Made by a program: the position numbers and the translations under genes. The notes beneath the pieces are model-generated. The model did no database searches, had not been told where the DNA came from, and was given only the letters and a program-made list of their open reading frames with translations. Of a stretch of 64,000 nucleotides of DNA, positions 16,301-30,300 are shown piece by piece. Source of the DNA: Magallana gigas (Eukaryota); NCBI RefSeq assembly GCF_963853765.1, contig NC_088855.1, forward strand, positions 34,162,001 to 34,226,000, in the 5' to 3' direction. How positions within the stretch are numbered: position 1 is the first letter of the stretch; every line of letters starts with the position of its first letter.

Positions 16301-19300
16301 GTTTGTACTGTGAGGAACCACCACATGACAATAAATTTACAAGTACATGTACCTCAAAGTTGTATGTATGATACATTATTTTAACAATTTTAGTTTAAAT
16401 ACAAGGAATTACCATGGGGATTGATCTCATTTTTCTTTTGTTTTTCTCATTACCAAGTCGATTAGCTAGAAGAGTTGTGTCCACACCTAAAGAGAAGAAA
16501 ACAGAATACAGATACAAACCTTGACCATAGTTACTACAAATGTACATGCATATAGACTAAATGCAATAAAAACATCAACAAAACCTAGAAATACAGATAG
16601 TTGGTCATAAGATTTAAGTAGTTTTTGCTTAGTTTAATGAACTAACTTGAATTGCTCATCCTTATGGTACAAGAACTATAAAATTGAGTAAATATTTATC
16701 TTTACCCCCAGACACAACATCAGTGGGGGTAACAGCCATAGCCCGCACATCATGGGTGTGTTGGTACCAGATTTTGGTTCTGACCCACATCTTCCAGTCG
16801 CTCTCTCGACTCGTGGTGGTGTACTGGAACTGTACCACCTTGGGGTCCACCCCTGAGGAGAACACTTGCTTTTCATCCTACAAAAACATACGAAGGAGAC
16901 TCATGTGACAGAATAATTATCACAGGAATTTAGAAGGGTTTAATAAATTTAACACCAACGGAATAAGAATGCAAATGTTGTACATATGATTTTAGTTACC
17001 ACAAAGTTTTAATAAAAATTGATCCACTTGTACAATAAATGAAAAGTTAACAGTAACAAATTCAAGCATGTAATTTATCAAACATTATTTTTGTAGCAAT
17101 ACATTGGTCATTGATAATTAAATTTTCACACACAAGGTGAGTTAGATTATACAAATATGTATTTGGCATGTAATCTTAGATCGTTGAAAACAAATTGCGT
17201 GCCTCATACCTGGTGAACAGCTAAACACAAAACATCAGCTTGGTGCATTTGAAAGCTCTACAAAGAAAACCACGGCATGTCATTTACGCTTTCATTGAGA
17301 ACACATACAAATGTACCATCATATCTTAAATTATGATTGTGAAAGTTGTTATAAATTGTAGATATTTCACATGCAAAAAGGCATCAAAATAGATTCTTTA
17401 TAAAAAAAATTTATTGAAACCTTTATTTGAGTTCCTTGTTTTCCATTCCAAAATATGGTTCTCCCTCTGGAGTCTCCACTGACCAGTGTCATGTCACTGG
17501 AGAGAGAGAATGAATAAACAAATACAGGATACATGTACATTGCTTATACAATAATAAATGCTTCTAAAACATGTAATAACTAAATTTCTGACACTCTCTT
17601 CACAAATCAAAATATCTTTTTAAAATATTGTGAGCTGTTTTAGGAATAAATGCTGTACTTCATACTTATACTTTAAACAAAAATTTATGTGTGCAAGGTA
17701 AAATGTTTATTCAAGAATACTGAGTCTCTGAAAACTTTGGAATAGTCATAATTAATAAATTTGTTTCAGTATATACATATCAAAACAAGCTTAATTGTGA
17801 TCAACTTGAACTACAAAATTTATCAAAATACTAATCAATACCACAGGGTATTACATGACCATATTAAGCTTTCCTTTCTTCATACAGTACCTGAGGATGG
17901 CCACACACCACACGATGGTCTCCTTGCTCTTCTCCACCCTCCCCAGAGTCATTCTCTGTACAGCGTGACCTGATTTAACACTCCACAGTCTCATGTTGTC
18001 AACACCACCTGTAAGGATGACCTCCAAACTGGTGTTCCAAGCAATAGACAAGATTCTCCCTGTTAAAAAAAAATTAGTTTGTAACATGAATAGGTAAATG
18101 GTTTCAGCACTTCTTGATGTCAAAGTCATTGATTTTCATATAAAGAAATTCCCAATGTATTTTTGGCTTTTCTATTGTGCAGTTCTGTATATCAATATCG
18201 AATGATATACATGTATTTGGTGAATAAAGAATTTTTTTTACTCTTCTTCTTTTGCATTTCAGTTCTTAATAGAAAGAAATAAACTTTGAAAATAAGCATT
18301 TGGATATTTCAAACAAAATACTGTACATATATTTATATACCTTCCTGCTTGTCAAAAGATCTGTAATACTGTAGAGAATTATAGTCTGTGTCAAACAAAA
18401 CCACACAACCATCTTCTGTACCGGCCTACAAAATGGAAGGAAGCAATATTGCTTTGTATGAAATTGATAAAATTTTAGTTTCTAGAGAATGAATTCAAGA
18501 ATAATAATACAAGATGGAGAAGGTAGCATGTAATTACAATAATTATTATGATTTTTATGTAACAAATTTGGAACACATTATCTAAACTGTATCACTGCTT
18601 CTTCCAGTGTACAATGCTCTTAAATATTTAACAACAGTCCTGACTGGGAAGTATTGATTTGTCCATAATGCTGATCATTAACTTTAATAATCAATACATG
18701 TAATGTCATACTTACAGCCAGAAATTTCCCATGTGAGTCTGTAGTTAAACACCATACAGGTCCAGCATTAGATGATGCTGAGGCCTACAATATAAACAAG
18801 ACCAAAAAGTCATATAAAATGTAATCCAGAATCTATGACACTGACACTAACAATCTTGTCTTTCTGATGAAAATTTTGGTAAATCTCACCTAAAAATCTT
18901 TAATTCATTAACAATACCTTTCATTTTGATTTAATTAATACCTTAGGTTCTAGCTTCTTTAGGTCATATTCCACCACATCCCCATCCAGACCAGCTGAAT
19001 ATAATCTCTCTCCTTGCCAGCACAAAGTCTCTATTGATTTGGATTCACTCCCTTGTATTACCTTAATTAAAATAAAGTACTAGTTAATGCAGCTGGATTT
19101 TATATACAGAAGGTAAGGCAAATCAACTCAGAATATTTAGGAATCCAATCTATTTATTTCTTTTGAACCCAATTCAAAATCTTTGAGTTTGATTTTTGAT
19201 CAAAGACATTTTTAAACCCATTTTTTAAGGATATAGAGATCTTAAGATGTCATGTCGGCCTTTGAAATTAATAATTCAAACACTCTTAAATAATCTTCAA

Positions 19301-19618
19301 AATCAAACTCACTTTATCTTGATACCAATCATTTTTTAAGTCCCAAGTCTCAATACATCCATCAGACCTATAAAAGATCAAATAAAAAACTTTTTTAATG
19401 TACTCACACTTTTACATTCATTCGACATGTAAATTTGTATTTCATGTATAAGATTAGTATCAGAATATTCAATTTAAGGAATCACAGATAGATTGACAGC
19501 TGTAAGTGTGTTACCTGGATAATGCAACCTTATTTACTTCTTTTCCATAAACAATACACTGAATCGCTTTTGGTTGATACTCAAAAAATCGAACTCGATG
19601 AACTCTGAATTCCCCCAT
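13322..19618 (-). CDS. UTP4: U3 small nucleolar RNA-associated protein 4 (cirhin), WD40 t-UTP subunit (672 aa)
   Basis: 18 GT-AG exons: 19618-19515, 19367-19313, 19061-18942, 18784-18716, 18425-18341, 18059-17891, 17496-17421, 17257-17210, 16877-16706, 16486-16413, 16215-16116, 15969-15809, 15674-15479, 15342-15242, 14961-14866, 14658-14476, 13637-13545, 13438-13322, totalling 2019 nt in frame. The N-terminus MGEFRVHRVRFFEYQPKAIQC and C-terminus QKKFGT* match the known UTP4 termini (MGEFKVHRVRFF..., KKKFGT). Confidence 0.96.
14090..14364. mobile_element. G/C-run MITE in a UTP4 intron with apparent 5-bp TSD (TATCC)
   Basis: TATCC|CAGGGACGTAGCATC ... GATGCTACGTGCCTG|TATCC, with internal poly-G/poly-C runs. 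Related to 4865-5078. Confidence 0.7.
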
Positions 19619-19830
19619 CGCTGCTTCAGTTCTAGAGAAAAATAAACATTCATGAGAAATACATGTCACCCCTGCGAATGTGTTCGGAATGTTTTCTTTA
19701 TCGTTGCTAAGTATGTAATAAATCCAGAGGTGCTCGAATGAAAGTTCACGAGACTTCACCGAGATTTGTTCAGTTCCTGTGAAATTTCGAGCGGAAGTAT
19801 AAGTGTTCGGATAATTTTCTCAAAATACGT
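19619..19830. promoter_or_regulatory. Putative bidirectional promoter shared by UTP4 and CPSF1
   Basis: CpG-richer segment immediately upstream of the UTP4 ATG, with ETS-type CGGAAGT at 19792-19798. A plus-strand donor AC|GTAAGT at 19829 could end a CPSF1 5'UTR exon, and an acceptor TGTAG lies just before the CPSF1 ATG at 21360. Confidence 0.45.
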
Positions 19831-21359
19831 AAGTGCTGGTCGATTTTCATATCATATTCTACTTTGATTTATGTTAAGACATCAACACCTTTTAAGATGT
19901 ATGTCTTATTTCACAATCTAGTGGTTTCTTAAATTAAACGATGATATTCAGAACAGAGTTATCGTTCGTGTTCAACCACGTGTAGAGAGGTTGATAATAT
20001 AAACATTCGGTTGCTTAATAAAATCATAGCCATGTTTGATGCTTGTGGTGTGCAATACCGTTTTTTTTTAAAAATAATGGGTGAATATTTTGCATAAAAG
20101 CTTAGTGTATCGAGCCATTTTCAAGAAACATTCTGCATAAAATAGTACAGTCTGTTTCACTATTGATGTTATTACTAGATCAGGGCGGATCGAAAATTCA
20201 TTCTTAGGGTGGGATCTCTACTACGCATGTTAATTGTCGCAACAGCAGAAAAAACTATTTTTTGTATTGTCACATCTATTTCTAGAACACATTTTATCCA
20301 CCAATTAATGAAGATAAAGTTTAAGATCAATAAACCTCTAGAATTTATATTTGCCTAGATTCTCTAAAATAGACTATGAACAAGAGGCACTGCGAAACTG
20401 AAAGGGTCAAATAAAACCACGTGGTCTAAAATTTAAATGACAATAACATTCGCAGGGGTGCATGTAACACCTTAACAACTGAAGATTTGGTAACCCGATT
20501 GCGTATGGATATTTAACTAAAATAAATGATGATGAATGCAGTATATTGTTATACTGAATTGAAAATGGATTATTCATAATGTATTGAATCATTCATGATT
20601 CTTTTGAACTTGTTTAAGCCCTTAAAGTGTACAAAATAGAAGTATGAAGATTTAACGCACATGTTTCTTACTGTAGGCGACCATCTTGAATTTTTATTAA
20701 TTTTTACACAGATTTTCTGTAAAACAAATGGCGTTGCTGGGACATTATATGTGATTATGTATCCATATGAGATATGTCGACATGATTTATTATGAAAGTT
20801 TTTTCCTAATGCTAAGAATATAATTTTAAAAAGGGACGTATGATATTAAGAAAATTCTAAGAACGAATTGTCATAAGTAATTTTTAGTTTCGAATATTTT
20901 TTCTATTTAAAATTATTTAAATTGGTCCATGTGGAAAAACAGTATAAATTAATAATTGAATTTTACTAAATGATTTGATAACAGGTCTCTTTGCAACTAC
21001 CTTGCTTTACTTGATTGCAAGGAATCCGAAAATAATGAATAACAAATATGGCGCCTGTGAAGAAAGGCGTGCAGAGAAAACATCTGAAAACAAGGAGAAA
21101 TGTTGTTTTATGAAATCTGTTATAAGTTTCAGTTCTATTTTGAGTTGCATTTGGTAATTTGAAGCAAGCCCTCATTGAAAAAGGTATTGATTCTTCAATA
21201 AAAAGCAAACAAATCTGGAAAGTTAGCATTCATCATGTTCCTATTTTAGTTCATTTGGCACTTGTTACACCTGAGAGTGACATGTAGTTTTATTTTTGTA
21301 TCTTCCTTAGTTTCACTTTTCTAGTAATGTATATTATTTTTTTTAATTGTAGTTAAAGG

Positions 21360-24300
21360 ATGTATTCAATATACAAACAAACTCATCCTCCAACTGGGAT
21401 AGAACATTGTGTGTATTGTAATTTCTTTAACACATCAGAAAGAAATTTGGTGCTTGCAGCTGTGAACAAGCTGTATGTCTATCGACTCAATCCAGATCCA
21501 GAGGTAGGTGTGTTTTCTATGCATTTTGGGTTTAAATTTTAACTTTTTTAAGCAAATCATACATTATCGTCGATCATTTTTAGGATGAAAAGAATGAAAA
21601 AGATGAACCAAGAAAGCCAGGTAGATATAATAAACTATTCATTCTGGTTAACTTCTTTGCATTCATATGTTGAATATATATACGTTGAATACATATTTAG
21701 AAGAACTACTGGCTTTGGAAAGCTGGATCATGTCTTGTTATTTAGCTCTTTGGGTCAAGTTACTAGTACTGGGATAACAATGAATTTATTTTATACCCTT
21801 CCATCATTAACATGATTAAGGTGTAAAAAAAGCTAATAAAAGAAAACACCATTAAGTTTTGTACAGAAATCATTTCAAATTAAAAATGTGCCAAAACATG
21901 AAGGTTGTTTATTGTGACTAAGTGATCAGAAAGTCATGAAAGTGGTGGATTAAGAAAATCACAGAGATAATATCACACTTTCAAATCAATTTCAAAAAGT
22001 TGATGGTGATATTATAAAAGCGGATATGTACATTCTATCTTTTAAAATCTTTATATATAATGATTTCAATCCAATAGATTACAAAATGAAACAGAAAATG
22101 GAGTGTCTTGCAACATTTACTTTGTTTGGAAACATCATGTCCATGAAATATGTGAAATTGCCTGGAGCTCTCAGAGATTCTTTATTACTGAGTTTTTCAG
22201 AGGCAAAGGTAACAATTGTTTCATAAGTTTGAAAATAACCATTTTATGAATTATGATAAATTATATGAACATTTGTATCAACATATAAGATCTTAATTGA
22301 TGTCACTTTATAGAACATTTTTTTATGTGATCAGTGAAAATCAACTTGTTAAAGATCAAAGAAATTTTAAGAACATTGTAAAAAAAAAATTCACCAGTTT
22401 TCATGTATATTACTCCCCTGTTGACACAGTTATCTCATTCAGACTGTGGTCTTTGTTTGAACAGTTGTCTGTAGTGGAATATGATCCTGGAACGCACGAC
22501 TTACAAACAACATCACTGCATTTCTTTGAAGAGCCATCAATGAAGGTATTACAGTCTTGATAGAAAAAATGATCTATGAAGTTGCACTAATACTTATATT
22601 ATGTCAGAGAGAAGTTGACGGAAGGAAAAAGCTTTACATATTTCTAAATAATGATATGTCACCCTTAGCAAGAAAAGATGTATTGTGATGTTTTTCATAG
22701 GGTGGATTTTTCACCAACTACTGTATCCCAGAAGTTAGAGTGGACCCAGATGGACGCTGTGCAGCAATGCTTGTCTATGGCACCCACATGGTGATTCTGC
22801 CATTCAGGCGGGATGTCATGGTGGAAGAGGGGGACAATTTAGCAGGCACTAGGTATTTCATAGTTAGAGATAATAAATGTGATGTTACAAATTCTCCAAA
22901 GGATTGTAATTTACTACAGTAAAACATTACTTTTGATTTCTAGATTAAATTGTTTAATTTGTGTTTTTCGTGTAATTGTTTGGTTGCTCCGAGTTTCATT
23001 AGATAAAGCTAAATATAAATAAAATGTACATGTACAATGTATATAAATATGGTACACAAATCTTATATGATATTTTCAGTAAGTCACCAATTCTCTCCTC
23101 CTACATCATTGACCTGAGGAACTTTGATGAGAAGATTATCAATGTCAAGGACTTTCAATTTCTCCATGGTTACTATGAACCAACTGTGTTTATTCTGTTT
23201 GAACCTCTGCAAACTTGGGCAGGGTAAGTTTGATTACTGGTTATCTTTGAAACTGATCTTGGCTTTGTTTTGTATGTTCATGTACCAGTATCATAAGATG
23301 AGTTTTATTGTATCTACATTACATAAAGGAGTTTCATTCATACATTGTAGGAGAAAAACTTACATCATTGTAAATGTTCAAACATGTGCATGTAGCTCAT
23401 GCAATTAGTTTCACTGTAGAAAATTTTTATTTATATGTATACATGTACATTGCTCATCATGTATGGTACACACAATGTGATAAATGCAGGTGCAGTAAAA
23501 CAGGCACTTGCATGTATTGTTCATGTGTTTCAGCAATAAAACCAAATATGCATACAATGAATGCAGTAGATAAGAAATCTTACTGACTTTGTAGGAGAAC
23601 AGCTGTGCGGGCTGACACTTGCAGTATTGTTGCCATCTCTCTCAACCTTCAGGAGAAGGTCCACCCTGTTATCTGGTCCTTGGGTAGTCTCCCTTTTGAT
23701 TGCTGTCAAGTCCTAGCTGTTCCCAGACCAATTGGTAAAAGAATTTTGCTTGATTGTTTTTACATATTTATATTTTTATTTATTAAGCTTCTAATACATG
23801 TACTAGATTTCTACAGAATTTTCAACAGTTAACGAATTAACTCTTTAACTTAAGTCTGTAGTATTTTTTCAATCAAAATGTTTTGGAAAATGTAAAATGT
23901 ATGATCACCTGTGAAAAATGAATTAACAGGGACATACTATTTAAAAGTTTCTTTTCTATATCTAAGCTCTAATTTACATACAAGTGTTATATTGACAATT
24001 ACATGTAATTCAATAGCTACAGAATTTACAAGTATAAACTTGGTTGGACAATGTATGAATCAGTATATAATAAGCATAAACTGGTTTAACTACCGGTAAA
24101 TTTATATGAGTATAAATCTTGTAGCTATTTAATTCATTCCTTTATCAAGTGGAGAATTTAAGACAAATTGTCCTCATAAAAAACAACAAATTGTACAAAA
24201 TTCAAACATTACATCATGCAGGATTGTAAAGTTTTTATGGTGCAAGCCATTGAGGTGTCATCCAAAAAGTTCAAGAGTAAATTTTTTCATTTAAACAGTG

Positions 24301-27300
24301 AAATGGTGTGTTACAAATAGATATTTAATTATTGCGTGATTGTAGGTGGAGTTATAATCATCGCTGTGAATTCCCTGCTGTATCTGAATCAGAGTGTTCC
24401 ACCTTATGGAGTGTCCCTGAACAGCATCTCAGCCCAGAGCACCTTGTTCCCACTACGTCAGTACACCACACCTTAGTGCATCTTTGTTTTTTAAATGGAA
24501 ATATAAATTTAAAAATTTGTTTATGTGATCAATATTTGTCAAAAAAGTTTTTTGAATGCTTATGTACACATTTAGATTACTGATGCATACAGATGATAGT
24601 TTTACCTGTTAATGAAGTGTTGTATTCTTTGTGACAGGTGTACAGGAGGGTGTGAGGATTGCACTGGACTGCTGTCAGGCCGCCTTCATGTCTTATGACA
24701 AGATTGTCCTATCCCTCAAAGGGGGAGAACTGTGAGTTGCACTCAGTGCTATAACTTCTCCCAACAGAGTTTTATGGATACTTTAACCGTGCACATATAC
24801 ATACATTGTACATACGTGTACTTAAAAAGACTTTTTAAAAAAACCCACTTTGATAGCTGAAGTGATAGCTAAACTCTTATTCATGTATATTGTTTTGATA
24901 TTTAGGTATGTTTTAACCCTGGTTGTGGATGGAATGAGAAGTGTTCGTAGTTTTAACTTTGATAAATCAGCTGCCAGTGTTCTGACGTCGTGTGTAAGTA
25001 ATGTCAATCCTGTGAAATATACAGAATAATGTTGTATATAAATACATGTTCATTGTACAGGTAGCATGCGTTTGTGATTGGTGGTAGGATATGAAATGAT
25101 GGAGTGATAATTTTTTTTTATTATAAACACTGATGTGTTCAAGTGTACATTTTTCTTTGAACAGATGTGTATATGTGAAGATGGGTTCCTCTTCCTTGGG
25201 TCTAGACTTGGAAATTCTCTTCTTTTGAAATACACAGAAAAGGCGTCTGAAAGTTTAGAAAATGGAGATCTGGATAAAAAGGTAGATAATTCAAGTTGAT
25301 AATAAAAGAACAAGCATGCATTTTGATTTAATATAGAAAATTGTCTTATTTACTCATTTTCAAATGAACACATTATGGAATATTTTAAAAGAACATAACT
25401 GCAACAGGCATTGACTGCCTTGTTCCATCTAATCACATGTACTAGTGTATGGAAAATATACCAGTATTCACAGAAATAAGCATGTACATTATTACATATG
25501 AATGTATATTGAATGTCCTTTTCTTACTCAGAAGGAAGATGAGCCAGCTGCAAAGAAGAAGAAAGTTGAAGGTTCAACTGAAATAGGTATGAATTACTTT
25601 TATAGAGCCAGCTTAGCTTCTGAAATATTCTTCTTAATATGATGTCTAAAAATGTTTCCAACATTTTTATTTACATAGTTATATATATATATATGCTGCG
25701 TATGAAATTTTTAAAGCTGTTTTCCCTTGTAGCATCTGATGTATCTCAGATAGAGAACCTGTATGATTTAGAGGTGTACGGCAGTGCTGAGAACCCGACC
25801 AGTACCACAATCACCAGCTACACATTTGAGGTTTGCAGATACATGTACATTGTACAAGGATTTTAAATTGATCAGATCTTTTTACTTAAAATTCCTCAAT
25901 CTACTTAGTTCTTTGTATATCTGTCTACACATGATTTTAATAACTGCTTGAAACCATGTTCATGTACATAAAGGAATTGACTATTTTGATAGAACCAATT
26001 TCACTAAAGTATTGACGGTGTTGAAACAGTGGATGCCATATAATTCTCTTTAGCAGTTTAAAACAAGAAGAAATGTTTAGTAAAAGATTAAATAATTAAG
26101 CAAGTTATTTACATGGGATTTGATGTTCTACTATTTAGCACATTAAAAACAAAGATTATGTGAAACTAGAAAGCTCATGGAAATAAATCATAGTAGATAA
26201 TTTCCCAACTTTTAATAAGTAAATAATAAATTAAACTTTCTGTACAATTTGTTAATGTAGGTTTGTGATAACATCTGGAATATTGGTCCCTGTGGGAACA
26301 TTGTGATGGGTGAGCCAGCCTTCCTGTCGGAGGAGTTCAGTAGTTGTGAGGACCCAGACATAGAGATGGTCATGACCTCTGGCTACGGGAAGAACGGGGC
26401 GCTGTCTGTCCTACAGAGAAGCATTCGCCCCCAGGTTGTCACAACGTTCGAGTTACCGGGCTGTCTGGATATGTGGACAGTGAAAAGTCTTGTCCCAAAA
26501 GAGAAGTCAGTAAGTATACTTGTATCGGTACATGTCTTTTAGTATGTATATTTCTGTGTTCAATTTATATCAAGTATAAGGAAATTTAAAGATAAGAAGT
26601 ACATGTACTCTGCATATAGAGTTTGTATATATACATGTGTAATTTTATGCAGAATACGGGATAAGGTTACAAATTTACAGAAATATAATAATGCAAAGTT
26701 GACAGGTATGCTTTAAATTGTAAAATGTATCTTATTTAGTGCATTTTTACAAATAGCATATGACTACCAGTACAACACATGTATTTACAATAAAAGGTTT
26801 ACTAATTACGTCATTAGATTACACATTTTAGTTTAATTTTATGTTGTAAATTGGACTCCCTTAATTTGATACTGAATAAAATCTAAAACAATTGCAATGT
26901 TTATTTTTATCCCCCAACCTATACAAAAAAAAAATCATTCCAATACCTGTTAATTTTATATATTGCCCATTAAATGAATATATTTGGCTCAGCAGGAAGA
27001 CAAGGAGAATTCTATGGAGGACGATTCCGATGATAATATAGAGGGAGGCCACTCTTTCCTCATTCTGAGTCGCAGCGACTCTAGCATGGTATTGATCTCT
27101 TCTTATATCTTATATCTGATGCTAATTTAATTGTTTTTTGCCAAATATAAATGTACGGTATGTATTACAGGCAAAGAATTGTATTTTTTATGTCCATCTG
27201 ATTGTTTAATTTAAGCAGTGGCAATTGCGTTGTGCAAGTGATAACTGCTCTTTGTTTGCCACCTGATTAACAGGTGTGCGACATTTAATTCATCCGGTCT

Positions 27301-30300
27301 TGTGAGCTCAGCAGTAAGAGCATTGGCTTGGTATGTTACAGGCCTTGTGTTTGAGTTATGGTTGAGATTTGACTTTTTGCAATATTTGTTGAATGTACTG
27401 TATATTTTTCAAAAAACCAACAGATTCTGGAGACTGGTCAGGAAATGAATGAGTTGGACCACAGTGGCTTCAGCACTCAGACCACTACCATATTCGCTGG
27501 TAACATTGGTGGGGACCGGTATATTGTGCAGGTGTCCGACACCAGTCTCAGGCTCCTGGAAGGAGGTGAGTGTCAATTCAAAAAAAAATACTACATGTAC
27601 TTCAAGTTAATACTCTTTGTTTAGCCTTGTTTGTACATGTATGTCAAAGTTTATTCATGAAAACTTTGTTCTAGCAGAGCAGCTGGTCATGTGATCTTGT
27701 CAGATTACTTGACTTTTGTATAAAATAAAAAAATAAAAAAAAGAAGTTTACAATTGCAAAATGACTTGCAATTTCTTCTTTGATGTTTAGAAACTTCCGT
27801 GAAGATTTTTCATTTGTTTATAGTGAGACAGATTCAACACATACCCTTGGACACTGGGTCCCCTGTGGTGCAGTGCTCTTTGGCTGACCCGTACATTGTG
27901 TTACTGACCCAGGAGGGTCAGATCTTGATGTTCACCCTCAGGACCGAGTCTGTGGGGCTAGGGGTTCGTCTAGTGGTGGGGAAGCCGTCCATATCTCAGG
28001 TAGGTCACATAATCCACTATAGCTAAGCTTCTAGTTAGAAATTGAGTCAGAATGTTGAGGATTTCAAAAAAAAGATATCTGATACAAACAACAGATAAGA
28101 TGAATGATTCATTTCTCTTTTTGGAGATTATTTTCACACAGTGACTTTGTACCTAAAAAGGAAGAGGTATACCTACACTAGACTTTGTCCCACAAACAGA
28201 GAACATAAAAACATACTTTCATTAAATGTACATATGTACATGTATACTTATATATGTAAGTTCTTTTCGTTTGATATAGCACTCCAAGGTAGAAGTGATC
28301 AGTGCCTACAAAGATGTGAGTGGTTTGTTCACCTGTATGAATCAGATGGAAGACGTCCAGGTGACCCCAGACACCAAGGCAACCAAAACAGTGACCGAGA
28401 GGTCCTTCAGCATTGATGCCAAGTAAGTTCTTCATCGGATGCCTTGTATATACATGTTGGTACAGGGAATGGGGGGGTAGAGAGACCTATAGCAAGAGGA
28501 ACGGTTGTAGAGAAGGACATTAATAATGAATAATGCATGGATGGGATACTGTAGATAAGATTTAATAAAGATTCATGAATGTATGTTCAATTTTGAATTG
28601 TTTGAGCTTAGAAATAATGTTGTATACTGCGATTAAGTTAAAATACATGTATTATCCTGGTATGTGTAACATGTCTACAAAAACTTTTTTGTTAGTTAAA
28701 TCTTAAGTGTTCAGATTTTATTCTGCAAAAAATCTGATGAACCTCTTTTTTAATGTGCTATTTTAGAACGGCAGATGAGGAGGATGAGCTTTTGTATGGA
28801 GAAACCGAAAGCAATGTGTTCAACAGCTCATTTAACATGGGACAGACTGCAGAAATGGAAAGGTAGGCCTTCTATGTGATATAAAATGTATAATTTGTGT
28901 CTTTGTAAAAAATGCCCCATAATCAACTATGTGGGATTTTGAAAGAGACTGGGAGTGCTATAATGGATGCTGTAATTCTGTTATTGAAAGAAGTTTGTGT
29001 GGGCCTCTTAATGCCCTTTTTGTGTACATGCAACGCATTGCTGTAAATGATGTACAATAAGTGTTAATTTAAGTAAATTTTGATATGGAATACATAGCTA
29101 CTGTGTATATTTTTTAAGTGATTCTTCCAATGGCTGTAAGCCATCAGTTGATTTACATGTACCTTAGGAGTTACAGCAATTGAAATGTAGTTTATTTAGC
29201 ATCTTGATGACTGTGGTATAAACTACATGAAAATTTAATTTCAGTCCCACAAAGGAGAAGAAACAGACTGAGGCTAAACCCACATACTGGCTTCTGTTGT
29301 GTCGTGAGAACGGAGTCTTAGAGGTCATTAATTACACGTACATTGCTCTGTTAAATATAAATTTGGTGACATGCCTTTCTGAACGTTTCTTCCCACATCT
29401 AGCTCTTTTGGGTGATTTAAAATTTAAACTAGTCTAAATTTTTTAAAACAGTATAAATATGATGTACGTAAGAGAATGTGATGGACAAATTTTAGAAAAA
29501 GTATTGATATGTATAATGATCATAATCATTAGCACCTTGTCTTACTTGTCACATTGTCTTTTGTAGATATACAGTATCCCTGACTATAAAAAGGTGTACT
29601 ATGTGAAGAATTTCCCAATGGGTCAAAAGCTCTTAGTTGACTCTGTACAGGTCACAGATAAATTAAGGTACATTCTAATACATGTACCATTTTAAATGTG
29701 TATTACAAGTTACACACTTTTATAGTCACAAATTCAAAGTGGAATTTGAATGAGGTCTCAATTCAGTATTTCTCTTTTTTTCAAGTTTAATACATGTAAC
29801 TTCTCAATTCAGATTTGCTGAAAATTGTTTACCGTAATTCTAGGTATTTGATTCATTATGTGTGTCAACATATTTAAGAATCAGTTTAAATGTTGAACAA
29901 GTAAGTTTCAGTATCAATGTACATGTTTTGGCTTTGAAATAGCTCTGGAGAGAGACAAGAGAAGGTGAATGCAGAGTGCCCCGCCCTGAAGGAGTTACTG
30001 ATGGTTGGCCTAGGGTATAAGGATTCACGCCCACATCTTCTGGTAAGCTATAATACTTGAGTACTGGTACTATCAAGAACTGTTGGAAATGTAGTTAACT
30101 TTAATATTAATTTGCCTGTTTTAAATGATTATGCAAGAATACTAGAGCAAAATTTGTTTAGTCCAACATGTTTTGTGTTGGTATCAGACAGTGTTAGAAT
30201 TTTTCATGTAATGATTACTAAATACCTGATATGAATTATTTTCAGGCCAGAGTTGAGGATGATTTATATATCTACGAGGCGTTCAGCTATCCCCAGTCCT

